Shown here in pieces: positions 18,381-27,245 of a stretch of 64,000 nt of DNA; positions within the stretch are counted from its first letter, which is position 1, and the number at the start of each line of letters is the position of its first letter. Under the pieces are notes generated by a model that saw only the letters and a program-made list of their open reading frames with translations, made no database searches and had not been told where the DNA came from. Source of the stretch: Candidatus Babeliales bacterium (GTDB taxonomy: Bacteria > Babelota > Babeliae > Babelales > JBFXEV01); NCBI GenBank assembly GCA_050179755.1, contig JBFXEV010000001.1, positions 713,994-777,993 of the forward strand, given 5' to 3'. A program made the translations under genes and the position numbers.

Positions 18381-19398
18381 TATACCATCCTTGAGCAATA
18401 ATATCCTGCACTTTTTCAAATTCGTGTTTAAATGCATGATCACATTCAGTCAGTCGTTTGAGCGTAGTGCCTTGCAATACTAACGGATTAATGCCCCTAA
18501 ACTTGCCAATCATGTGAATATCGTAATCGTCTTTGGTGCTTAAACAAATGATATCCATAAAGTTTTTTAACTTATGCATATGCCCCTTTATTTCAGGGTC
18601 ATTGCAGCTGGTGAGCTTCTGCCAGACTACGTCATCAATAGAAAAATGTATGTCATGTTTATTAATGAGATCTATTGCGCATGCGCGATGCAGTGCTTGC
18701 GCTGCCCATTTATAGGTAATAAGGCCAGATGCTGACGCAAATTCATTTTTGGTTAATGATAAAGCGCAATCTGCAAAAAGGCGTGCTGCATGTACGTCAT
18801 CAAAATACCATTGATCATTTTTAGTTTTAAGATGAGATAATAGATAGGTAATATCTTCTTTTGTTATAATATTTTTTAATTGACCACCAAAAAGCACATA
18901 TTCAAGCCGATCAGCACAAATTTCGGGAATATCTTGTTCAAGAAGTTTAAATTCCCCACTTTTATGAATAATATCTGCAATTTCATAGCCATATTTATGG
19001 AGCAGAGCTTTTAGTTCCGTTTGCTCAATAAACCAATGGTGAATGCTATCTTGATATGAATCGTTGTGTGACGCAGTGTATAAAAAGTCACCCACATGCG
19101 AGAACACGGTATGTGAAACATCATGGAGTAGCCCTGCAATTTGTTCTTCAAGGGGAGCGCCATACAATCGAAGTAGTACCATAACTCCCACTGAATGTGT
19201 GTAGCGTGAATATGGTGGTAAATTTTTTATAAATGGCGTAATGCCATATTGATTAATATGCTCAAGGCGCTTCATTGAAGGTGAATGTAATAACTCAATG
19301 AGAACTGGTTCGGTAATGGTTACGGTGCCATAGAGTGTTGTGACTGTACTAGCGTTTGGAAGCTTGTTTTGTAAGCTTTGGGGTTTAATTGTAATCAT
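18364..19398 (-). CDS. HD-domain phosphohydrolase (YdhJ/SAMHD1-like family)
   Basis: SRYTHSVGV, GLLHDVSH..FSH, ADRLEY; GGAGG RBS before ATG 19398. Confidence 0.88.
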   Translation of the reverse strand: MITIKPQSLQNKLPNASTVTTLYGTVTITEPVLIELLHSPSMKRLEHINQYGITPFIKNLPPYSRYTHSVGVMVLLRLYGAPLEEQIAGLLHDVSHTVFSHVGDFLYTASHNDSYQDSIHHWFIEQTELKALLHKYGYEIADIIHKSGEFKLLEQDIPEICADRLEYVLFGGQLKNIITKEDITYLLSHLKTKNDQWYFDDVHAARLFADCALSLTKNEFASASGLITYKWAAQALHRACAIDLINKHDIHFSIDDVVWQKLTSCNDPEIKGHMHKLKNFMDIICLSTKDDYDIHMIGKFRGINPLVLQGTTLKRLTECDHAFKHEFEKVQDIIAQGWYIKCRP

Positions 19399-19583
19399 AT
19401 CCCCTCCTGGTGTTATTGATATCTTCTTTTTCATTTTTAGTGTAGTTGATTTGCTATGTTTTAAGGAATAGTTTGCAGCGCATCATTGTTTTGTTAATGC
19501 AATTAGTTTAAATGTTGACTTTATTTTATAATTTTAATTACAATTATAATGAGTAGATGTTTTGTGTTTAAAAAGGAACGATT

Positions 19584-19952
19584 ATGAAGAATATTTTTTT
19601 TGCCATGCTTTCTGTGCTTTTAACTAGTTTTAGTTTAAACCTTATGGCAGCGGCAGTTGATTTTCATTTTGAAAACAATACGGACGAAGCAGTAACATTA
19701 GGAGCGGTTTTTAGTGGTAAACAAGGCCCAAAAAGTCGCACCATAATGCTTGCTGCGCATGAATCAAAAAAAGAAGTTTTTGAAGGCTGTTTGCAAGAAG
19801 TGCGTACCGAGCCTAACGCAGATTTGGCGATCAAGGGCATGGAGCAACAAACGATATGGAAGCCAAGTAAAAAATATGGTTGCAAATCAATGACCACGAG
19901 CGTGCATCAAGCAACTAATGGTGCGCTTGAGCTTGTTTTTGTGTATCAATAA
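19584..19952 (+). CDS. Secreted small beta-rich protein (N-x-T, two-Cys type)
   Basis: Signal peptide; FENNT, GCL...GC. Confidence 0.7.
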   Translation: MKNIFFAMLSVLLTSFSLNLMAAAVDFHFENNTDEAVTLGAVFSGKQGPKSRTIMLAAHESKKEVFEGCLQEVRTEPNADLAIKGMEQQTIWKPSKKYGCKSMTTSVHQATNGALELVFVYQ

Positions 19953-20038
19953 AAGCATACGATTCTCAATTACTTAAGCGTATTGCATAGACACTTTGTG
20001 TGTATGTGATACGCTTTTTTTATATTCAAGGAGATTTT

Positions 20039-20701
20039 ATGAAATTATTTATTGATACCTCAAACTTACATGACATCAAACGCTGGTATGATATGGGCAT
20101 TCTCGATGGCGTTACAACAAATCCCACTAATTTATCAAAAGAAGGTGGGGACCCCAAAAAGCATATACAAGAAATGTGCGCGCTCATGAAAGATCACGAT
20201 ATAAGCGTTGAGGTAACTGAAGCAGACCCACAACTTGTCTATAAACAAGCTAAAGCCATTGCAGCACTTGCCAAAAATGTGGTAGTAAAAATTCCTTGCC
20301 ATCGCGATTATTATGCGGTAATTAATAAGTTGGTACAAGAAGGCGTTGCTCTTAATATCACCCTTGTTTTTACCGTGCTTCAGGGTATGCTCATGGCCAA
20401 AATGGGCGTGCGTTATATTTCACCTTTTGTTGGCAGATGGGATGATATTGATGTTGACGGTAATGAGCTTATACATGAAATGCGTTCTATGATAGATGAC
20501 TATTGTTATCAAGATACTGCTATTTTGGCAGCTTCGTTGCGTACGGTGCGCGATGTGCATAATGCCGTTATTAATGGGGCTGACGTTGCAACGCTACCTT
20601 CATCGTTACTAGAAAAAATAACTGATCATCCATTAACCAATCGTGGTATAGAATTGTTTACTGAAGATTGGAAAAAATTAGGGATCAAACAGTTTCCTTA
20701 A
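20039..20701 (+). CDS. tal: Transaldolase / fructose-6-phosphate aldolase family
   Basis: FIDT, GVTTNPT, VVKIP, NITLVF, ISPFVGR; AGGAG RBS before ATG 20039. Confidence 0.93.
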   Translation: MKLFIDTSNLHDIKRWYDMGILDGVTTNPTNLSKEGGDPKKHIQEMCALMKDHDISVEVTEADPQLVYKQAKAIAALAKNVVVKIPCHRDYYAVINKLVQEGVALNITLVFTVLQGMLMAKMGVRYISPFVGRWDDIDVDGNELIHEMRSMIDDYCYQDTAILAASLRTVRDVHNAVINGADVATLPSSLLEKITDHPLTNRGIELFTEDWKKLGIKQFP

Positions 20702-21106
20702 TTAAATTTCTATACCTTCAAGAATATCGCGCATCATCTCATAAAGAGAAGTAAATGTTTCTAGCGTATCATGAGCATCTTCTTCCGATTCTTTTATATT
20801 TTTTTCGGTTATGTTTTCAAGATGTGCAGAAAGATATTTAAATTCTTTACCGGTAATGATTTTTTCTTTTTGAGCTGTATGAAGAATATCGTCAGAGGTA
20901 GGCGACTCTAAAGGAATTGCGCATATATTTTCAATGTAATCGGCTAAGAAGTTCAAAAAAAGATCGCGTGACTCTATATATGATTCTAGGAGCAAATCAA
21001 ATGTTTCAGCTGAAATTTCATCGCTATCAATAGTATCAAGAATGTCTTGCATATCGGATAGCGCATGTAGCGCATCTTGATAAGTTGTGAGCATCTCTTC
21101 CATCAA
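20702..21106 (-). CDS. Very acidic helical protein, possibly a degenerate HEPN (HI0074-like)
   Basis: LADYIE...SP...IL..A....II pattern; no Rx4H motif. Confidence 0.5.
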   Translation of the reverse strand: MMEEMLTTYQDALHALSDMQDILDTIDSDEISAETFDLLLESYIESRDLFLNFLADYIENICAIPLESPTSDDILHTAQKEKIITGKEFKYLSAHLENITEKNIKESEEDAHDTLETFTSLYEMMRDILEGIEI

Positions 21107-21270
21107 ATATCCTTGCTAAGGTAATTCTGTTTATTCCATTTTTGCAGCATTTGGCCACAAAGAGAACTTACTTATGCAAAAAAAGTATAGACGAAGTTGC
21201 TTTATTTGTCAGTAGTTTTTGATTCGAAATTTGTACCAAAATACTCTATAAGCGCCGCTGCTTGGGAAAG

Positions 21271-21474
21271 TTAAGTTATCTTCGTGGTTTGCCAGAGATT
21301 GACAGCTACTGACAGTATGCGCTTGTGTTTGAGATGTTTTATTATATTTTTGCCATATAAGATTATTAATCGCGGTAAGTGCATTAAGATATCAATTCGC
21401 TTAGTTTGTTCCAATGTGTAATTTAAAGAAGGAGTAAAAGAAAGAATCACAGTAACGAGTAATCGTATGAGCAT
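21271..21474 (-). CDS. Small hypothetical protein with a signal-like N-terminus
   Basis: 67-aa ORF filling an intergenic gap; hydrophobic N-terminus. Confidence 0.35.
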   Translation of the reverse strand: MLIRLLVTVILSFTPSLNYTLEQTKRIDILMHLPRLIILYGKNIIKHLKHKRILSVAVNLWQTTKIT

Positions 21475-21548
21475 AATATTCTTTCTTTTAAGGCTATACT
21501 AATATAAGGTATGAAGATTGTGATATTTGACGAGAGTGTAATGTTAGT

Positions 21549-22718
21549 ATGACGGAAAATAAAAATTTATCAATTGTATTTATTACCAATAATTGGATTC
21601 CTTTTAGTGCGGGAGTTGTAAGTTCCATTACAGCGTTTAGGCAAGAACTTATGCGCCAGGGGCATCACGTGACGGTGGTAACTCTGGATTTTAAACGCTC
21701 TTTGCATGAGCCTGAAGATGGCGTGATTCGTGTGTATTGCCCTATTAAATTTTCATATAAAGGTATACCCCTTGCGGTGCCTTTGCGCGCCGATAAGCAA
21801 GTTCGCGATATTATTAATAAGTTACAACCGGATATTATTCATTCTCATCATCCATTTTTATTAGGAATTTCAGCATTAAAGGCTGCAAAAACGGAGAAAA
21901 TACCTTGTATTTTTACCTATCATAGCTTATATGAAAAATATACGCATTATATTCCCATGCCGCAGCAATTATTAAAAAAGCTTGTGCGTTTTCGCGTAAA
22001 AAAATATTGCAAGCAAGTAGATGGCATTATGTTACCAGGTAAAGAAACCAAACGACTGCTTATTCGCGATGATATTACAACACCGCATATAGTATTGCCA
22101 AGTCCCTTGCAAGAAGTCTATATGCGCAAGCGTGTGCAAAGTGTGCAACGTATACATAGGGCAGCAACACAACCGTTTCGCCTAATGACTTGTAGCAGAT
22201 TTGTAAAAGAGAAAAATATTCCTTTTTTGCTTGAATGTTTTGCGCGCCTTGATCAAACCAAGTTCAGCTTTACGCTTGCGGGCTTTGGCAATGAACTAGA
22301 AGCATTGCAAACCTGTGCATACCAGACATTCAAGCTATCACCAACTACGGTTAAATTTGCCATTAAACTGCCTTTGGAAGATCTGTGTGCTTTGTATGCA
22401 GCACACGATCTTTTTATTTTCTCGTCACTTGCAGAAACACAAGGGTTAGTTTTGGCAGAAGCAATGGTTAATGGGTTACCGGTGGTGGCCCTTAATGGTC
22501 CGGGGCAAGAAGACATTATAATACATGGTGAAAATGGCTTTTTGGTACATAATCAAAAAGAAATGCAACAGGCTATTGAACACCTAGCAGGCGACGGTGA
22601 TCTGCATTATCGTCTGCGGTGTAATGCGCTTGAAACTGCAAAGCGGTATACGCCTGGATTTTTAACGGAGCAATTGGTTGATTTTTATCGGCGTTTTTTG
22701 CCCGCGAGCAGTGAGTAA
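21549..22718 (+). CDS. Glycosyltransferase family 4 (diacylglycerol glycosyltransferase-like)
   Basis: DIIHSHHPF, FTYHSLYE, RFVKEKN, ETQGLVLAEAM. Confidence 0.9.
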   Translation: MTENKNLSIVFITNNWIPFSAGVVSSITAFRQELMRQGHHVTVVTLDFKRSLHEPEDGVIRVYCPIKFSYKGIPLAVPLRADKQVRDIINKLQPDIIHSHHPFLLGISALKAAKTEKIPCIFTYHSLYEKYTHYIPMPQQLLKKLVRFRVKKYCKQVDGIMLPGKETKRLLIRDDITTPHIVLPSPLQEVYMRKRVQSVQRIHRAATQPFRLMTCSRFVKEKNIPFLLECFARLDQTKFSFTLAGFGNELEALQTCAYQTFKLSPTTVKFAIKLPLEDLCALYAAHDLFIFSSLAETQGLVLAEAMVNGLPVVALNGPGQEDIIIHGENGFLVHNQKEMQQAIEHLAGDGDLHYRLRCNALETAKRYTPGFLTEQLVDFYRRFLPASSE

Positions 22719-22783
22719 CCTAACTCGCGGTGCCAGCGCAGGCCTTTGCCAAAACGCCCATTTAATGCTATTATTGGTATGAT

Positions 22784-24763
22784 ATGAAAAAACTATTTAA
22801 GCTTCATGCTCCTTTTGAACCTGCAGGTAGTCAGCCTGAGGCTATTAAGAAGCTGGTGAAGTCTCGCCCTGGGATCTCTACCCTTATTGGGGTAACAGGT
22901 TCTGGCAAGACGTTTACTATGGCTAACGTGATAGCATCGCAGGGTAAGCCCGTTCTCATCTTATCTCCCAACAAAACCCTGGCAGCTCAGTTGTATGAAG
23001 AATTCTCACAATTTTTTCCTGAAAATAAGGTGTGCTATTTTGTCAGCTATTATGACTATTATCAGCCAGAATCTTATTTGCCCGCTCAAGACGTCTATGT
23101 AGCCAAAGAGACTAAGGTTAACAGTGAGATCGAGCGTTTACGCGTAGAAGCTACTGCGTCACTCATTAATAGAGAAGATACTATTGTGATCGCATCGGTT
23201 TCTGCCATCTATTCTTTGGGTAATCCAGGCGATTATCGCGATTTAGGGTTTGCCCTTAAAGTAGGTCAAAAAATTAAGCGCCGCGATCTTGTTGATCAAC
23301 TTATTTATATTCAGTATCAGCGCAATGATGTGCAAAAAGCACCTGGCATGTTTTCAGTGGTAGGAAACACGCTTGAAGTGCGTTTGCCCTATCAAGACGC
23401 AGTGCTTCGTATTGAGCTATTTGGTGATGTTATTGAATCGCTTCAATGGGTTGATAAAATGAATAACATCGTGCAAATGGCCCTTGATAATACTATTATT
23501 TTCCCGGCAAAACACTTTGTTACCACACCCGCAAAAAAAGAAATGGCAATGCGCAGCATTGAGCGTGAACTTGAAGAGCAATTACCGCAGATTCAAAATG
23601 TGGTAGTGCGCGAGCGTTTGAAACAACGCGTGAATCACGATCTTGAAATGCTTGCTGAGGTTGGTTATTGCTCTGGCATTGAAAATTATTCTGCTCATTT
23701 TGAGGGTAGACCATCGGGAGAGCCTCCGTATTGTTTATTTGATTTCTTCCCCAAAGATTTTTTACTTATTATTGATGAATCGCATATGGCATTACCGCAA
23801 TTGCGTGGTATGCATGCAGGTGACAGGTCTCGCAAAACTTCTTTAATTGAACATGGTTTTAGATTACCATCAGCGTATGATAACCGTCCGCTTAAATTTG
23901 AAGAAATTGAACGCTATTTTAAAGACGTTTTGTTTGTTTCTGCAACGCCCGGTGATTATGAGCTTGCGCATTCAGATGCCGTGGTGGAACAATTAATTAG
24001 ACCAACTGGTTTGGTGGATCCTATTGTTGAAGTGCATAAGCGTGAAGGCCAGATTGATCATTTGATTAACCAAATTAAAGAAACGAGAGATAAAGGATTC
24101 CGTTCACTTGTTATGGTTATGACTAAGCAATCTGCCGAGCAAATGGCAAACTATTTAGAAGAACGACAACTAAAAGTATGTTATCTGCACTCTGAACTTA
24201 AAACGCCAAAACGCACCGAGCTTTTGCAAAAATTACGTTTAGGCGTATTTGATGTTTTGGTTGGTGTGAACTTGCTGCGTGAAGGGATTGATTTACCCGA
24301 AGTTGCCTTAGTTGCCATAATGGATGCCGATATTGAAAGTTTCATGCGTGATAAACGTTCACTCATTCAGATTATGGGCCGTGCAGCACGTAACACTGAA
24401 TCAAAAGTTATTTTGTATGCAGATAAAGTAACGCAATCAATGCGCCTTGCAATGCAAGAATCTTCGCGTCGGCGCGAATTGCAACAAGCATATAATGAAG
24501 AACATAATATTACGCCACAATCTGTGCAACGAGAAGTCACTAAAACTATTACTGACTTGCAAGCTGCCATTGAAGCGGCATCGAAATCAAATAAAAGCAA
24601 AAAAGCTCGTGAAGCAAATATGTCTGATACAGACTTGCATAAACGTCTTGTTGAAATTGAAGTTGAAATGCGAACCGCTGCTGAAAATCTTGATTTTGAA
24701 AAAGCAATTGCATTGCGTGAAGAATGGCGCAGACTGCACTCGCTATCGTCTAAAAAAGACTAA
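22784..24763 (+). CDS. uvrB: Excinuclease ABC subunit B
   Basis: GVTGSGKT, YYDYYQPE, DESH, GRAARN, C-terminal UVR domain. Confidence 0.98.
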   Translation: MKKLFKLHAPFEPAGSQPEAIKKLVKSRPGISTLIGVTGSGKTFTMANVIASQGKPVLILSPNKTLAAQLYEEFSQFFPENKVCYFVSYYDYYQPESYLPAQDVYVAKETKVNSEIERLRVEATASLINREDTIVIASVSAIYSLGNPGDYRDLGFALKVGQKIKRRDLVDQLIYIQYQRNDVQKAPGMFSVVGNTLEVRLPYQDAVLRIELFGDVIESLQWVDKMNNIVQMALDNTIIFPAKHFVTTPAKKEMAMRSIERELEEQLPQIQNVVVRERLKQRVNHDLEMLAEVGYCSGIENYSAHFEGRPSGEPPYCLFDFFPKDFLLIIDESHMALPQLRGMHAGDRSRKTSLIEHGFRLPSAYDNRPLKFEEIERYFKDVLFVSATPGDYELAHSDAVVEQLIRPTGLVDPIVEVHKREGQIDHLINQIKETRDKGFRSLVMVMTKQSAEQMANYLEERQLKVCYLHSELKTPKRTELLQKLRLGVFDVLVGVNLLREGIDLPEVALVAIMDADIESFMRDKRSLIQIMGRAARNTESKVILYADKVTQSMRLAMQESSRRRELQQAYNEEHNITPQSVQREVTKTITDLQAAIEAASKSNKSKKAREANMSDTDLHKRLVEIEVEMRTAAENLDFEKAIALREEWRRLHSLSSKKD

Positions 24764-24770
24764 AGTTTAG

Positions 24771-24802
24771 TAGCCACGCCATAGCTTTTAGCGACGGCGG
24801 GC
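24771..24802. repeat. REP-like short repeat ('GCTAAAGCT' family)
   Basis: GCCACGCCATAGCTTTTAGCGACGGCGG, related to copies at 28547, 51763, 51931, 52014, 61528. Confidence 0.65.
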
Positions 24803-24804
24803 AG

Positions 24805-24842
24805 AAAAAATGATGCCCCTCTTTCAAGGGGCATATTTTTTT
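24805..24842. terminator. Bidirectional intrinsic terminator
   Basis: A-run, ATGCCCCT / AGGGGCAT, T-run between convergent uvrB and permease genes. Confidence 0.8.
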
Positions 24843-25626
24843 ATATATAATCTAATCGTGTTTTAAGTCTCTTTAATCCATGCCATGTACACAGTATGGT
24901 AAACAATGCAATCATTACACAGCAGAACCAAAAGTTAAGTGATCCTTCTTGCCCAAGTACTGATGCACGCATGCCTTCCATAACATAGAGCATAGGATTT
25001 GCCAAGCTTACGTATGCCATAATGGGGCTTACTTGATGCAACACTTCATATGAATATTGGAATCCACCAAGAAACCATATGGGGTATACAAAACGCATCC
25101 AAATACTGCCAATTTGTTCCATGCCTGAAATGCGCGTGGTGATCCACAATGCAAATGCTGCGGAAAAAATGTTTGAAAGCAAAAACACAATACAAAATTT
25201 AAATAAGCTAAATTCAGCAAGGCTAAATTCATTCCATACCAGCAACTTGCTAATAGGTAAAATCAATATGCTAATCACCGTTGTGTTAATGGTCATATAG
25301 ACCAATTTTTCTATCCACACTAACCATGATGGCATGGGTAGCGTTAGATAAAACGATGTTATATTAAGTCCAGTAAAGTCACTTATAAAATTAGTAGCAC
25401 TTGAATAAACTTCAAAAAGTCCTGCACTGCCAATTAAACTCGCGATTAAAAAACCACTATAATCTTGTGACAGTCCAAATGCGGGCATAAGGTACGTGTT
25501 CACCAGCACCATAGTGATAATCCAGATAAAAAGATCTATCAATTTATCTTTGATTGTTTGTTTGAGTAGTAATAAGTCTGTTGCAAGCAAACTTTTGAAA
25601 ATTGGTACATAAGATAATAATTGCAT
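24841..25626 (-). CDS. ABC-2 type transporter permease
   Basis: About 6 TM helices; ANPMLYVMEGMR motif. Confidence 0.9.
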   Translation of the reverse strand: MQLLSYVPIFKSLLATDLLLLKQTIKDKLIDLFIWIITMVLVNTYLMPAFGLSQDYSGFLIASLIGSAGLFEVYSSATNFISDFTGLNITSFYLTLPMPSWLVWIEKLVYMTINTTVISILILPISKLLVWNEFSLAEFSLFKFCIVFLLSNIFSAAFALWITTRISGMEQIGSIWMRFVYPIWFLGGFQYSYEVLHQVSPIMAYVSLANPMLYVMEGMRASVLGQEGSLNFWFCCVMIALFTILCTWHGLKRLKTRLDYI

Positions 25627-25634
25627 TGTGTTCC

Positions 25635-26372
25635 TTATTCTTTTGGTTCTTGTGTAAGTTCCAAGAATACATCTTCAAGACGCCCCATTTGGAACGTTTT
25701 CATTAAATTAGCTGGCGTATCAATCAATTTAATTTCACCACTTGCCAAGAGCACTACTCGATCAGAAAGTTTTTCAGCTTCTTCCAAATAATGTGTAGTG
25801 AGCAATATACACACACCTTGTGATTTGATTTGCTCAATGTAATACCAGAGTTGATTTCTAATTGCAGGATCAAGTGCCACTGTTGGTTCATCAAGTACAA
25901 TCAATTTTGGTGAATGCATTAATGTTCGTGCAATCATATAGCGTTGCTTCCAACCACCAGAAAGTTCATCTGGCTTTGCATGCAAATATTGATTAATACC
26001 CAAATAGTTATTAAGCTCGGCAAGCCGTTGTGCAATTGCCTCATCACTCATGCCATAATATTTACCTGCAAACTCTAAATTTTGTTTGATGGTAAGCATA
26101 GGGTTAAGATTAGGCTTTTGCGGGCAATAGCCAATGAGCTTGCGGTATTCAGGGATATCTTTATATATTGAAACATCATTATAGAGAATATCGCCTTTTG
26201 AGGCAGGGTGGAGCGTTGCAATGATGGTTGATAACGTTGTTTTACCCGCACCATTAACGCCTAAAAGCCCTACTACTTCACCGGGGTATAAATCGAATGA
26301 TACGCCTTTGAGCGCACGTGTTTGACCATACTGTTTTTCAACAGATCGTATGGATAATAATGGTTTAGTCAT
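25635..26372 (-). CDS. ABC transporter ATP-binding protein (DrrA-like)
   Basis: GVNGAGKT, LSGG, LDEPT, TTHYLEEAE; likely start ATG 26372. Confidence 0.93.
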   Translation of the reverse strand: MTKPLLSIRSVEKQYGQTRALKGVSFDLYPGEVVGLLGVNGAGKTTLSTIIATLHPASKGDILYNDVSIYKDIPEYRKLIGYCPQKPNLNPMLTIKQNLEFAGKYYGMSDEAIAQRLAELNNYLGINQYLHAKPDELSGGWKQRYMIARTLMHSPKLIVLDEPTVALDPAIRNQLWYYIEQIKSQGVCILLTTHYLEEAEKLSDRVVLLASGEIKLIDTPANLMKTFQMGRLEDVFLELTQEPKE

Positions 26373-26392
26373 GTGGTTGACCTTGGTTATAA

Positions 26393-26640
26393 TCAACTTT
26401 TAAAAAGTTGACGATCGTGTATAAGCTAATTTGCTACAGCTTTAAGCAAGCGCAGAAAAATAACTTTATTAAACTTTAATAAAGGGAATATCATTGCCTT
26501 AGCGGCAATTTTTAAGACATCTTAAGTTATTGGAACTTAAGAGATTATGCGGGTGGTGGTTTTCATTGGCGGCGTACTCCTATAGTATTAGCCATGTTAG
26601 TTTCTATTATTAATATATTTTATTGTTTGAGAACAGTCAA
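26393..26640 (-). promoter_or_regulatory. Promoter and ~230-nt structured leader with two uORFs
   Basis: TTGACT-17-TATATT (26640-26612); uORFs 26595-26563 and 26566-26537; four inverted repeats. Confidence 0.55.
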
Positions 26641-26714
26641 GGGTATTTTGATTGCAAAGTGAAAAGTTCCGGTTTTTATAATGATTCTAGATTGTTTGCA
26701 GAGGCTTTGGTTAC

Positions 26715-27156
26715 GTAGAAGTTCCACTGGAGTTTTACCTGTATTATCACTGGTGCCGCTGCGCGCGGCGGCGTACGCCTTTTTTGTGCAAATAAGGGTA
26801 CAAAAAGCACTTAAGGGCATGCTATCCCTTAAGAATCCCCATACCTTATCAAGTAGATTATTAAATCAACTGGGTTAAATCTCGCCGTCCATATTTTTTG
26901 GTTTCTATGCATACTATTGTGTGGGTGGATGGATATTCACTGGCTCATAATGAAAATTTTAGTAGTGGTTCCTCTGCGCGCTGCGTGCATACCTCGTCGT
27001 GAAACGACGTGAGGTATAGCGCTCAGCGATTGAGCGGAATGGTCCAGCAGAATGCTGGTGCTTTTTTGCGTCCTTTTTTTGCACAAAAAAAGGCATGCGC
27101 AGCCGCGCGTAGCGGCACCGGCAATAATGCTTACAAGTAATCAGCGGAACTTCTAC
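26715..27156. mobile_element. MITE-like non-coding element with ~95-bp imperfect terminal inverted repeats
   Basis: GTAGAAGTTCC...GGTGCCGCT.CGCGCGGC.GCG...GCCTTTTTTGTGCA at 26715, inverted at 27058-27156; third arm at 61452. Confidence 0.65.
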
Positions 27157-27245
27157 ATTTTATTTTAGAAACTTGCGCTATTGTCTTCTTTGGTATAAGG
27201 CAAGTATATTAATAATGATAAGTTGATTTTCAAAGAGGTAGCAAA

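Noticed and set aside
26620..26878. ORFs 26620-26820 and 26681-26878
   Set aside because: They overlap a promoter and the non-coding repeat arm; no protein-like features
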